Assembly: GCA_043228905.1 (NCBI GenBank)
Contig: JBHGNT010000002.1
Location: 23,250,001-23,314,000, forward strand
Source: Azolla caroliniana
Lineage: Eukaryota; Plantae; Polypodiophyta
Direction of reading: 5' to 3'
DNA: 64,000 nucleotides
This document shows positions 9,401 to 18,500 of this stretch, piece by piece. The notes below the pieces were generated by a model that was given only the letters and a program-made list of their open reading frames with translations, did not search any database and was not told the origin of the DNA. How positions within the stretch are numbered: position 1 is the first letter of the stretch; the number at the start of each line of letters is the position of its first letter. The position numbers were made by a program, and so were the translations under genes.

Positions 9401-11300
9401 TTCGTATGGCCTCTTGTGTTTCCCACTCTTTGGCTATGCCTTTCGACCGTGTGGTTACTTGCTGTAAATCCGCCACTTCCGGAACCACCATATTAACTGC
9501 TGGTCGTTTTTCGTAGCTCTTTACCGGGCACTGGTTACTGTAGTGGCCTTCCTGCCTGCAGTAGTAGCAGTACTCTTTACGGGTATTGCTGGATTCAGCA
9601 TTGCTGGTAGCCGGAGTCGGTCCCGTAGCGAGTGGTGCGTTCTGTGCCGGTTGGCTCCTTGGGGTTCCATGTTCCGGGTCCCTACGGTGACCACCTTTCT
9701 TGAAATTACGTTTCTTATTATTCTTATTTTTATTTCGGTAGTCCGGTCGTGCTGGATCGTAAAATCGGCCATAGTCCTCCTGGTGCCTTCGGTAACCAGG
9801 GGAATGGTCTCTGTCGTATTGCTCGTGTCGTCTGTTGGGCTCCCGATAACGGTCCGATCGATCATACCGGTCGTAGTTATCACGCCGATTCCCGTATCGG
9901 CCATCATTATCTTGCCTGTCTCCGTACCGGACATCCTGTGCCGGTCGGTACCGGTCCATTTTTTGCCAACGATCTTCATCTTCGTCTTGGCTGCTTCTTG
10001 GCTCGATCCGTCGGACGGGTGGTGCTTGTCGGTTTAACAGGTTGTACTCGCACCGGTCCGTTGTATGACTCTTGGATTGACAAATCACACACTGAGTGCG
10101 CATGGTGCACTCCACTGCCGAGTGTCCGGCATTCAAGCAGATTGTGCATTGAATTGCCTGCCGGAACCGGAGATCTTCCTCGGTGGGTAACGCCCGTTGC
10201 AGTGTTCCCAGCGTAAGCCATGAGCTTGTCTTTTCCATTTCTCTGACCCGGTCAATGACCTGATCGATGGTGCATCCTCGAAAGTCGATCACCGTACACA
10301 CCGTGCGTAACGGTTCCCGGAGTGCGTTTAAAAATATCGTCCGTAATTCCTCCTCCGGGGGTGCACGGGCAAGCTGGCTATGCATCCGTTGGAAACGGAT
10401 GACGAATTGGGGAATGCTTTCCCCTGCCTCCTGCCGGATCGTATAAAACAGGCCCACCATTGTCGTCTGGTCGACCTCCTTGTGGAAAAAATGCAAGAAT
10501 TTTGCTTTTAATTCTGCGAATGTTGTGATGGTCGCCGGGTCCTGCGACCGCCGCCATCGTGTCGCTGGTCCCTCCAACGTGACTCCGAATTCCGCTATCT
10601 TCGAGCGTTCTTCTTCCTCCGGTGTCATTCGCTGGGACGTGTGATTTGCTTCCCATGTCTGCTCGAAGTCATCCACATGCGCTTCCGCATCCGGATCATC
10701 GCGGTACTTTGAGTATTGGAACGGCATGTCGTCGTCCAGTATTAAGCCGCGGTTTAGTGGCGTTTGTTGATATTTTTCCGGTTCTTTTTCCGGCTCTTTT
10801 TCCGGTCCCTTTGCCAGCTCTTTCGTTGGTGTTGGTGGCTTTGCTTCTTCCACTTCCGGTGTTGGTGGGTTGACGGCTTCCGTTTGTGGTTCCGGATAGC
10901 CCTGGTTGCGCGGTTCCGGTTCTGGAGTCGGCACGGTATCCGACCCGTCGTCTTCCGGGCCGCCGGGGGTATCGTTGCTGCTCCGGTAGTTCGTGTGCAC
11001 GTTGTATCCCCCTTCGGAATCCGATTCGTAGGCTGAAAAGGCTTCTGCCTCGTTTTCTCCGCTTGCCAGCGCCTCCAGGAGTCGTTCGGTTTCCCGGAGA
11101 CTACTTAGACTGCTTCCGTCGTCCTGGTCGCGAGTTTGCCGTAACCGGAGAGATTCCTCCGCGACTCTCCGGATCTCGTTGGAGAACGAACGATCCGAGC
11201 AAATTTCCTGCGCTGCTTGCTGGAAAGTCTCACGCCGTCTTTGCCGTTCGGCGAGGCGTCGAGCTCGGTCTGTACCCAAGTCGTGCGTTGGTCTAGTCAT
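6483..11300 (-). CDS. Element B Gag-Pol polyprotein, truncated in the integrase core
   Basis: Three CCHC knuckles, protease VIDGGSGVN, RT KKNGKIRVCVDYRKLN / LDGFSGYNQI / FLDDF, RNase H DAS..AIG, integrase HHCC. Ends at WGLDFVGP, with L-S-stop read into element A's LTR. Confidence 0.93.
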   Translation of the reverse strand: MTRPTHDLGTDRARRLAERQRRRETFQQAAQEICSDRSFSNEIRRVAEESLRLRQTRDQDDGSSLSSLRETERLLEALASGENEAEAFSAYESDSEGGYNVHTNYRSSNDTPGGPEDDGSDTVPTPEPEPRNQGYPEPQTEAVNPPTPEVEEAKPPTPTKELAKGPEKEPEKEPEKYQQTPLNRGLILDDDMPFQYSKYRDDPDAEAHVDDFEQTWEANHTSQRMTPEEEERSKIAEFGVTLEGPATRWRRSQDPATITTFAELKAKFLHFFHKEVDQTTMVGLFYTIRQEAGESIPQFVIRFQRMHSQLARAPPEEELRTIFLNALREPLRTVCTVIDFRGCTIDQVIDRVREMEKTSSWLTLGTLQRALPTEEDLRFRQAIQCTICLNAGHSAVECTMRTQCVICQSKSHTTDRCEYNLLNRQAPPVRRIEPRSSQDEDEDRWQKMDRYRPAQDVRYGDRQDNDGRYGNRRDNYDRYDRSDRYREPNRRHEQYDRDHSPGYRRHQEDYGRFYDPARPDYRNKNKNNKKRNFKKGGHRRDPEHGTPRSQPAQNAPLATGPTPATSNAESSNTRKEYCYYCRQEGHYSNQCPVKSYEKRPAVNMVVPEVADLQQVTTRSKGIAKEWETQEAIRKQATEWVKEANEKNVADAERQKANTIGSAGGSHPENETWQALQECQITLPLGRLLQLVPRFTEGLKTGMTDGIAPPAPVLFSNPEEGPTVVDTSSPVITAIVKGHELPGTVIDGGSGVNVISLRTCDALGIHEWEPCPFWLRMADTSSVRPTGLIRKLEVTIGGHTFHISAVVLQLQAQGAYPLLLGRPWLKTAHIKQNWRKNMITFRRGKAKVRVPTQPRTSNGKECTPLYAECVNMLEGLADDEEAQYLEEHPKIVPLFEIDVAEAVAPYLPQRDDTEAEPDKDAIRELRQAQEALEREMAVSQRVKTSQLDEVNLGSKDESKPVHIAKEMKPEDKAAMIKLLTEFRDVFAWSYEDMRGLDPQLYQHQIHLGKDAKPVAQRRYRMNPNYAAKVKEEIDKLLRVGFIRPVKKATWLSPIVVVPKKNGKIRVCVDYRKLNAATITDAFPLPFTDGVLDAVAGHEVYSFLDGFSGYNQIRMHPDDQEKTAFVTEWGVFVAEVMMFGLKTAPATFQRIIMEIFDEYIPAFMQVFLDDFAVYSRGKDHLQHLRLCLEKCRLYRLSLNPAKCIFGVSSGILLGHIVSKEGIAVDPDKVNAILGAPAPKTAKALSRFLGQIRWHSRMLCHLADLATPLHTAVHRTPFQWTDTEDKAYNALKVLLSQAPVVQPPDWSKEFHVFVDASDIAIGSALMQLTEPKWYRPVYYASRKLSQAEKNYSTTEREALGMIYSVTKFRHYLLGRKFSFHVDHSALLYLVSKASLTGKLARWTLLLQEFEFEIFHRPGIQHAVADYLSRLESGEAGDGVADEFPDAELFRITPETAADDTVASEDRWLTNMHQFLSTGLPPEEMNRDERKRLAVQSRNFCLLRDTLYHKGADGIWRRAVRSDEKEVILREAHCGVAGGHYAGEATARKVWQSGLWWPTTLKDAVKYAKECDLCQRMGQPTEQARMPHQPVLPLEPFQKWGLDFVGPLS

Positions 11301-11335
11301 CCATTACCGTCGTTCGCTGCGAGAAAGCAGGAATC

Positions 11336-11345
11336 GTGGTCGCCA
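11336..11345 (-). promoter_or_regulatory. PBS of element B (probably tRNA-Arg)
   Basis: TGGCGACCAC just inside the LTR; complementary to a tRNA 3' end ...GUGGUCGCCA. The tRNA-Arg assignment is from memory. Confidence 0.6.
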
Positions 11346-11351
11346 AAACTG

Positions 11352-11770
11352 TGTTATTCTCTTAGCCGGACAAGGCCTAACACAAGGTGTCACGGAAACA
11401 CTTCACCAAAGGGGTGATTACGGCATAGGATTAATATTCAACGATTACACCGACTTACATAGGTTACACGATTAGAATGCTTCGGTTAATTACACGCGTA
11501 AGATATAACAATAATTACAGAACGGAAATCAAGACAGAAGTACAAACATCATAAGCTCTATTAATTATCCGCTGTCATTACAATGGGGTCCGGGCCTTTA
11601 AATAGGTTTCCGGCCCGTAGTACAAAACGGTGCCTCTCGCACCTATTCGGGATCCGTCCGGATCTGGAACGGCATACCGTTTCCAGTCCGTCCGTCCACA
11701 CTATGCTCATTTACAACCATCTAATTAATTCCTTCACTCCGTATTTTGGACTCCTTGCCGGCCGGTAACA
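11352..11770 (-). repeat. 5' LTR of element B (~419 bp)
   Basis: TGTTA...TAACA inverted termini, TATTTAAA box near 11600, abrupt drop in GC content after 11770. Confidence 0.85.
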
Positions 11771-14700
11771 TTCAACAGTTGGCTTCTCATTTGGTTAGAC
11801 AACGACTTGAATAGAGATGACAATGAATCACCTTCTTCATGTGTCTAAAGCCAATATAGGAAAAGTTTGGTTATGTTCTTGATAGCCTAGATGAATCATG
11901 AGAGAATAGGACATAAGCCTAGGAGAGTATTTTTAGGTTTGGCTATTAGGAAGTTGAATAACAATAGTCTTACATGTAATAAACCTTGCCATCATAATAA
12001 AAATATTTTGTTTTTTCTACAAATGATTCTTGCGAGTTGACTCAACTCCTCATGGATATCATAGATATAATAACCATGATGTCAACTCCTCAGTCTTAAG
12101 GATGTGCACCCCACCATAAGGTTCCACCAAACTACATGACCCGCATCATGAAGATGATTAAAGAAGTACTTAGGAATTGCTCTCCAGACATAACCATGTA
12201 TTTTTTGGACGATACTCCCATCAAACGATGCCTAGAAGAAGACCAATACGAGACCTTTAGGAAGGATGGGTGGAGGTGCTTCATGGTTGATCACATTATT
12301 GAATATCACAAGGCGTAACAAAAGCTAAAAGAAATTGGGAAAAAATAAGCATATTTGTGGGCTATATGGACCGCCAACAACTCTTCCCAAAAAAAGTAGA
12401 TGTCATCCACTAGATGAAAGAAGGTCTGTGGGATGCAATTTGAAGTGAGGTGGCTATTGAGCCCATGTGCATTTACAACTTTTGGATTTCACATTATGCC
12501 CATGTCCTTGAGCCGAAGGGAAGAAACTTTAGGTGGGTCAAGAGTACATTAAATCAATGTGAAGATTAAACAAACTACAACTTGAGGACCACCTCTGAGA
12601 AAATCCCACCATGCATATGGGGCTTCCATCTTTGTAATGGGGATGCAAGCTCGACAACAATGATTAAGTCGTGAATCAAGAGAATAAAGATGAGAGTCAC
12701 TATGTGTGACATATTATCTAGATCCAAGGATGAGGGGAATGTTGTTGGATGATGAGGGTCTAGTTCTTGACTTTTTTAAGCCTACAAGTGTGATCACCAA
12801 AAAATTGATTGGGAAAACACTTTTCAATGTCATGACCAACATGACACTAGACTTGAATGTCTAATAATTTATATGTGTTAATATTTTGTATGGTTAGTCT
12901 AATCTTAAAGGAGTGGTCACAAGGTGACTTGTACACATAGACTTGTGGGTAGCATGTCTTGCATAGAGAGATGCAAGGTGGCACACATTCATGATGTAAC
13001 TTGCATACTTGATTGTATATAAAGGGGGTTCCCACACTAGTTGTCCTCAAGAAGTTCAATACTAGTTATTGGGCGTAATGGATTCTACTTAGTCTCATCT
13101 TCCTCATCAATGGTCTTACGTCTCTTTTTTCATCTTTTTGTATTCCATTATATGTTGCTCATCTCACAAATACTTCTTGCATGAAGGGTATTGATGGAAA
13201 CACTGAAAGAATATTCTATGAGTATCGCTAAGGGAGGTGTATGAGAAAGATGAGCAAACTGTCTTGCTAACTACGTTTTGTGATAGCCCATTGGACAAGA
13301 CATAGAGGCATTTGGATGACATTCACAAAGCTCAAAGAAAGATATTGGTGACTTAAGTGTAAGGATGTGTCACATTTTCTAGAGTCATGTGAGACTTGCC
13401 AATTGCACTCAAATGTGGTCGTGAACAACATTGTAATTTGGTACATGTTGACGAAACTTATGTGGAGACATAAGCCAATAATGCCCTTTGGGTAGACGAT
13501 TACATCATAGGCAATCGTCCAATGAAAGGAAGATATGAGTAGGGAGGACCTTCTTGTGATGAATGTTTTGAAACTCGAAAGGTGCCATTCAGACTTAGAG
13601 ATAGAAATTGAGTGCCTAAAAGAAGTGAAGTTCAAGAACAAAATATGGTTTCATAGATAACATCTCCTCTAATAGTAATAGAGAAGAATTGAGGGAGGAA
13701 ATTGGGTGTTGATTTACTTTAAAAAAATTATTTTACTGTGTTTACTTGTCATCAAGGAGAGTTGCAATACAGAATCTGGTGTGAGTTTAAGTGACCAATG
13801 GTTGGAACACTTGCAAGTGGAAGAATGTTGGAAAACCCCATCTTCTTTTGGTCGAGAAATTTTAGGGTTATCAAATATTTTATATTCCAACCTATGCTTT
13901 ATGAGTAGTTGTCACTCTATTGTTGAATCATGCATCCAATAGACTAGTCAACACTTTCAAAACCCAAAACAAAATTACACAAGATTTTACTCGATTATGT
14001 GGAAAAAAAAATCGGAATTGATGGCTCACCTTTGAAACAAACAATGTTTGTGAAAATTGCCAGTAGTAAACTTGAGAGTGGATCTCAAAGTTCAACCCAA
14101 TTTCGACAGGATTTATTGTTTGTGCTAAGTTTGGTATTTAGCAAAAAATTGGCAAAAAAGGTGAGAATGGGAACAAATTACTTATTAAACTACTCTAACC
14201 AAACAAATTTGGCCTAAGGCATTCCAAAATCCACCCTAACTAAGGTTGATTACTAAGTTAGCCCTAAATAAGGTTGATTGCTAAATCAACCCAAGCTACA
14301 ACCAATTTAAACCAAACTACAAGAGGAGAAGGATCTCAAGCTAAGGCAAACTTGCACATCGGTCATTTGAAGGGAGCACTTGGCACAAGAACACCACTCC
14401 GATTCGAGGCATCGTAGCCGTCGGAGGTAGTCGTGGTCTTGATGGCCCACTTGGCTCACACCTTTACCAGAAACTTGGTTGACTCCTCAAATTGTGTTCC
14501 GTTTAAGCTAAATGGTTATCTTCCAATCGTTCAATGTATCACTTCTCATTGTCGACATTGTAACTAATCATTGTGTACATTTGTAACCCAGTTTATATAT
14601 AAAGGGATGTTTTAAATCTTCTTAATCTAGCCTTTTTGGCCTTCAAAGTGGCCCGTCTGTCATATTTTGGTTCCTCGTGCTAATCGCGTATTTTGATCTT

Positions 14701-15066
14701 AACCTCATGTGTTAATCACCATTCGACTTGTCGCTCTGTTCGAGTCCTACGAGCCTTCGACTTTGACGAGCCATTGAGTATGGAGGAACCTTTGACTCTG
14801 ACAAGGTTTCGAGTCTGGAAGCTTTCGAGCCTATCATCCGTCTAGCCTTCGAGGTTGACGAGCCTTCGACTCTGGGAGCCTTCGAGTCTGACGAGCAGAT
14901 CCTTCGAGTCTAGAGATCCTTCTACTTTGATGAGCTTTCAACTCCCATGAGCATTCGGTTCAACTAACGTCCGCATCTTCTAAAAGTCGTTGTGTCCTCC
15001 CTGGTCGAAGCTCCCTCGTGGTCGCGCTCGCTCGAGTAACACACGCGCATGCGCATTTACGTGACA
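11771..15066 (+). mobile_element. Decayed Ty3/gypsy element related to element A (RT-RH-IN relic plus 3' LTR)
   Basis: 12136-12318 translates to KEVLRNCSPDITMYFLDDTPIKRC, versus element A NKVLRDCIPDITMPFLDDIPIKGC. ~13685-13720 gives RIEGGNWVLIY, versus KIEEGDWVLVY. 15020-15066 resembles element A's LTR end (...ACGTGACA). The LTR start is not resolved. Confidence 0.75.
14740..14965 (+). repeat. Degenerate ~17-bp tandem repeat (GAGCCTTCGAcTcTGAC-like) inside the relic LTR
   Basis: About a dozen imperfect copies of a GAGCCTTCGA core. Confidence 0.75.
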
Positions 15067-15133
15067 CCGTGTGCCGGCACGAGAGAATAAAGAGACATGT
15101 CAAGACCCCATAAAGGGAGCTTAAAGAAAAGAG

Positions 15134-15153
15134 CATATATATTTATATATATG

Positions 15154-15187
<34 letters not shown>

Positions 15188-15245
15188 TATGTATATGTAT
15201 ATATCTATGTATATATGTATATGTACATGTATATGTATGCATATT
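15134..15245. repeat. (TA)/(TATG) microsatellite upstream of DDA1
   Basis: Seen directly in the sequence. Confidence 0.9.
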
Positions 15246-15548
15246 TTGGAGAGAAAGGCAACATAAGCAAGCAACTATAGGAAAAGCCCAATAGCAAAGA
15301 ACCTGGATGGATCAATACACAGAACAAATTCACTATCAATAACCAGTCAGCAATCTCTGTGCTGTGATGTACCCCCCCCCTTTTCTTTTCTTCTCTGTCT
15401 GTATCTGTGTTTTGGGTCTCTTTTGTTTCCTCCTTCTCTTTCATGGATCCGTTTCTTTAACAAATTGCTTTTGGTTTCCCAACAGGTGATTTGCTGTTGT
15501 ATATGATCCAATAACGAACAGATTTGTACGCACATCGAGAGAGAACAA

Positions 15549-18500
15549 ATGGGTTCTCTCTTTGGAGATTGGCCTTCGTATAATCCTCATAATTTCAGTC
15601 AGTTGAGAGCGTCTGATCCATCTCATCCACCGGTAATACCTTCCTTATTTCTATAGTATAACCCTTTATAGTCTTTCTGAGAGTGCTTTTCTGTTTCTTT
15701 GTTCGATTCAGAGTGATGAAAGTCTACACCAGAATGAAATTCAGAGAAGGAAAAGAAAAAAGAAGAAGAAAATATTTATGAATGTCTATACTTAGAATGT
15801 AGTCATCGTGTCATTCTGTAAATAGAAGAAAAAATTAGTAACGTTATTATCTAAAGATGACCATTCTCTACATTTGATAATGGAATTAAGTGAAAGCTGA
15901 AGAAAAAGAGAAAACAGGATCCAAAAATGACCATTTTCTTCATTTGATATTAGAATTTGTAGATTTACACTCACTGGATATCATCGTCTTTGCCATTAAA
16001 TTGAATAACAAAGGTGGAGTTTGCTACATATGATAAGAGGGGCAAACGATGAACTTTTGCGACATGTGATTCTGGAATTAACAGAAGGTTAGAGAATAAG
16101 AAGAAGAAAATTTAGAATGTAAATGCCTGAAAGAGTATAATCACATCTACCTGTACAGAGAGAAAAACGAGTTTGCTAAGCATGAGTAGTTTCCCTATTT
16201 TTTTCCATCTTAGGATGAATAATTTCTGGAAAGATGGCTATTTTTTAAATGAAAAGTATCTGAAAGGTATATGATGATTCCTTGCTATAGGGTGCTGTTA
16301 AGTGAATAAATATTGGAAAAGTCTTTTCAGTTCTGCCCCCGGATGCTCAAATGAGAAGTATCAAACCAATAATAGAGGTATGAGCTGGGTATTAGAAAGA
16401 GAGGAAGGAAGGAAGATATATTAACATCTGTGAAGACCAAATTTAGCCCATGAGACAATTATTACAATAATGGGATGTGTACCCAATCATCGAAAATAAA
16501 AATAAAACAAACATAAATAAAAGAGTTTTAGCATGGTACTCTAAAGGAAATGGCTGTGTGCTGAGACTAGTTTCATTTCTATCCAAGTCTCTCGAAAAGG
16601 AGATGGCGATTTGAAGGGTTTTAAAGCAGATGTGGCCTGTGGTCTTGATGTAAATGGTATCCTGAGCATAGCTTCTAGGTGGGGTAAATCACGTTCCCTT
16701 ATCTTCTTCATTGCTTCTACATGATAATGAGTGACTTTGAAGTCTATATCTGACGGCGTTTGGTTGCTCTTCGCTTTTCTGCTTTAGAGAGGGAGAGGCT
16801 GAGTGGTGCAGGTGTTTATGTTCATCATCCCCCCTCCCTCCATCCCTGAAAAAATTCAGTGGTTATGTGTTGGTGATTAGTCGAAAGGTTATGATTGACA
16901 TTTGTAGCTTATTCTCTCTATGTTGTTTTAGCTCTAAGATATACCTAACTACTATCTTTATGTCTAATGTTTCCAATAATTAGGAGAGGGTCCAAGTATG
17001 TCTTGGTATTTTTCCCTTATCTTGACGTAAGGTGGACATTTGCATGTAAAATGGTACTCATCCTCTATCTCTATGTGACATATTCTATATATCCTTTCCT
17101 CTTTGAGAACACCATTAGCACGGCGTTTTCAATCTCATGTTGGTTGGTGGGATGATACTCTAAGTTGTCCAATGGCAACCCTTAGTGCATTTGGTAAGAC
17201 CACATCTAGATATTTTGGTTGTATAATAGAACCTAACTTAGAGAAATACATGAAATGTTCCGTATAGTGCAACATTTTAGATGGGAGTGGCTCTAGTGGG
17301 TTGATCCATCTATGTCTAGTATAAATTTGCCATATTTCTTGGCATATCTCTTATTACGGTCCCCATGAGAGACTAAATTTTTATCGGCCTCGTGGTCATA
17401 CCTAAGAGGAGGTAGGTTATTAATGTGTAGGCCATTTGCAAAAAGCTAACTTACAATAGTATTATTTATACCAGGAGCTCGTATCTCCATACTCATAGAG
17501 TGATCGATATGCATCGAAAGCTTGACGACATATTGTATCTTGTGATTAGCTATGTATCCTATTAATAAAAACTACTACTTGAAAAAGTGCTTTTACCACA
17601 ACTCTACTCTAATGATTTAATGTGGCATTGTTGATTTGCTTCTGATTTGTTGTGTTGTGATAGCACTGTGACCAATGGTCTCTCTAATTGCGACTACATG
17701 AAGGGTGGTAGCCCTAGAGCCCAAACCATTGATACACACATGAGGGAAGGGGTTACTAATGAGTCGAAGAGCCATCCCTATGTTCGTGGCGCTTGGAAGT
17801 TTGACTGGTGGCATTGTGTCTCTAAGAGTGAGAGAGACACATATCCGCTTGTTAATCTATCTTTTGCTGCTTTTTTTCATTGAAAATTTACCTATGCAAG
17901 CACTAAAAGTGACTCCAAGATATATGATCTGACTATCTCAACTTGTCATTTGAAGACTATCGAAGTTGTAGAGTAATAACCACTGCTATTAAATAAACCG
18001 ACACATGATTATTGAGCCTTTTTGTTCTTACAAGGGAGAAATGCATGATATCAATAATCATTATTAGATGTGTTTTAGTGGGCTTCTAGGAAGAAAACCC
18101 TTACCTGAGATCATATAGTTGTTTTCATTTTGCTCAGAATTGTGAAGGTGTTCCCCCAATCAATTTATATCATTTGTATAGTGTGCCCTTTCTAATGCTG
18201 GCATTTATGATTAGTTGAGCATTTCTATTTGCATCATGTGTTTTCAACACACATATATGTCATTTTGTAATGCATAATATTACCACTAGGGAACCTCAAA
18301 GTGTCGTGAAAACCCACACAAAATGTTTAATATAGATCAGAATAGATTCTCCAAAGAATAGGATATAAATGTGGGCTTCAGTATCCTAGGAAAATAACTA
18401 AGAGATTGCCTTATGGAAAACCTGAATAACTATAGGAATCAGACACAGATTGCCTACAATTTTGCTGATTGCCTATAATCCATACTATCCATTTGAAGGA

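Larger units (their letters stand above)
6491..11770 (-). mobile_element. Young Ty3/gypsy LTR retrotransposon (element B, non-chromovirus-like RT), interrupted by element A
   Basis: 5' LTR 11352-11770, PBS TGGCGACCAC, single gag-pol ORF cut at integrase WGLDFVGP. Confidence 0.93.

Noticed and set aside
15-11475. Many long overlapping or antisense ORFs (e.g. 2814-3623, 4679-5491, 8440-8901)
   Set aside because: Expected shadows of GC-rich retrotransposon coding sequence; no recognisable motifs.
1-11770. GC-rich block as bacterial contamination or a horizontally acquired island
   Set aside because: Fully explained by LTR retrotransposons with LTR/PBS structure, and an old AT-rich relative lies next to it.
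14740-14965. Repeat array as a CRISPR-like locus
   Set aside because: Units are contiguous and degenerate with no unique spacers; there are no cas genes and the context is a eukaryotic LTR.
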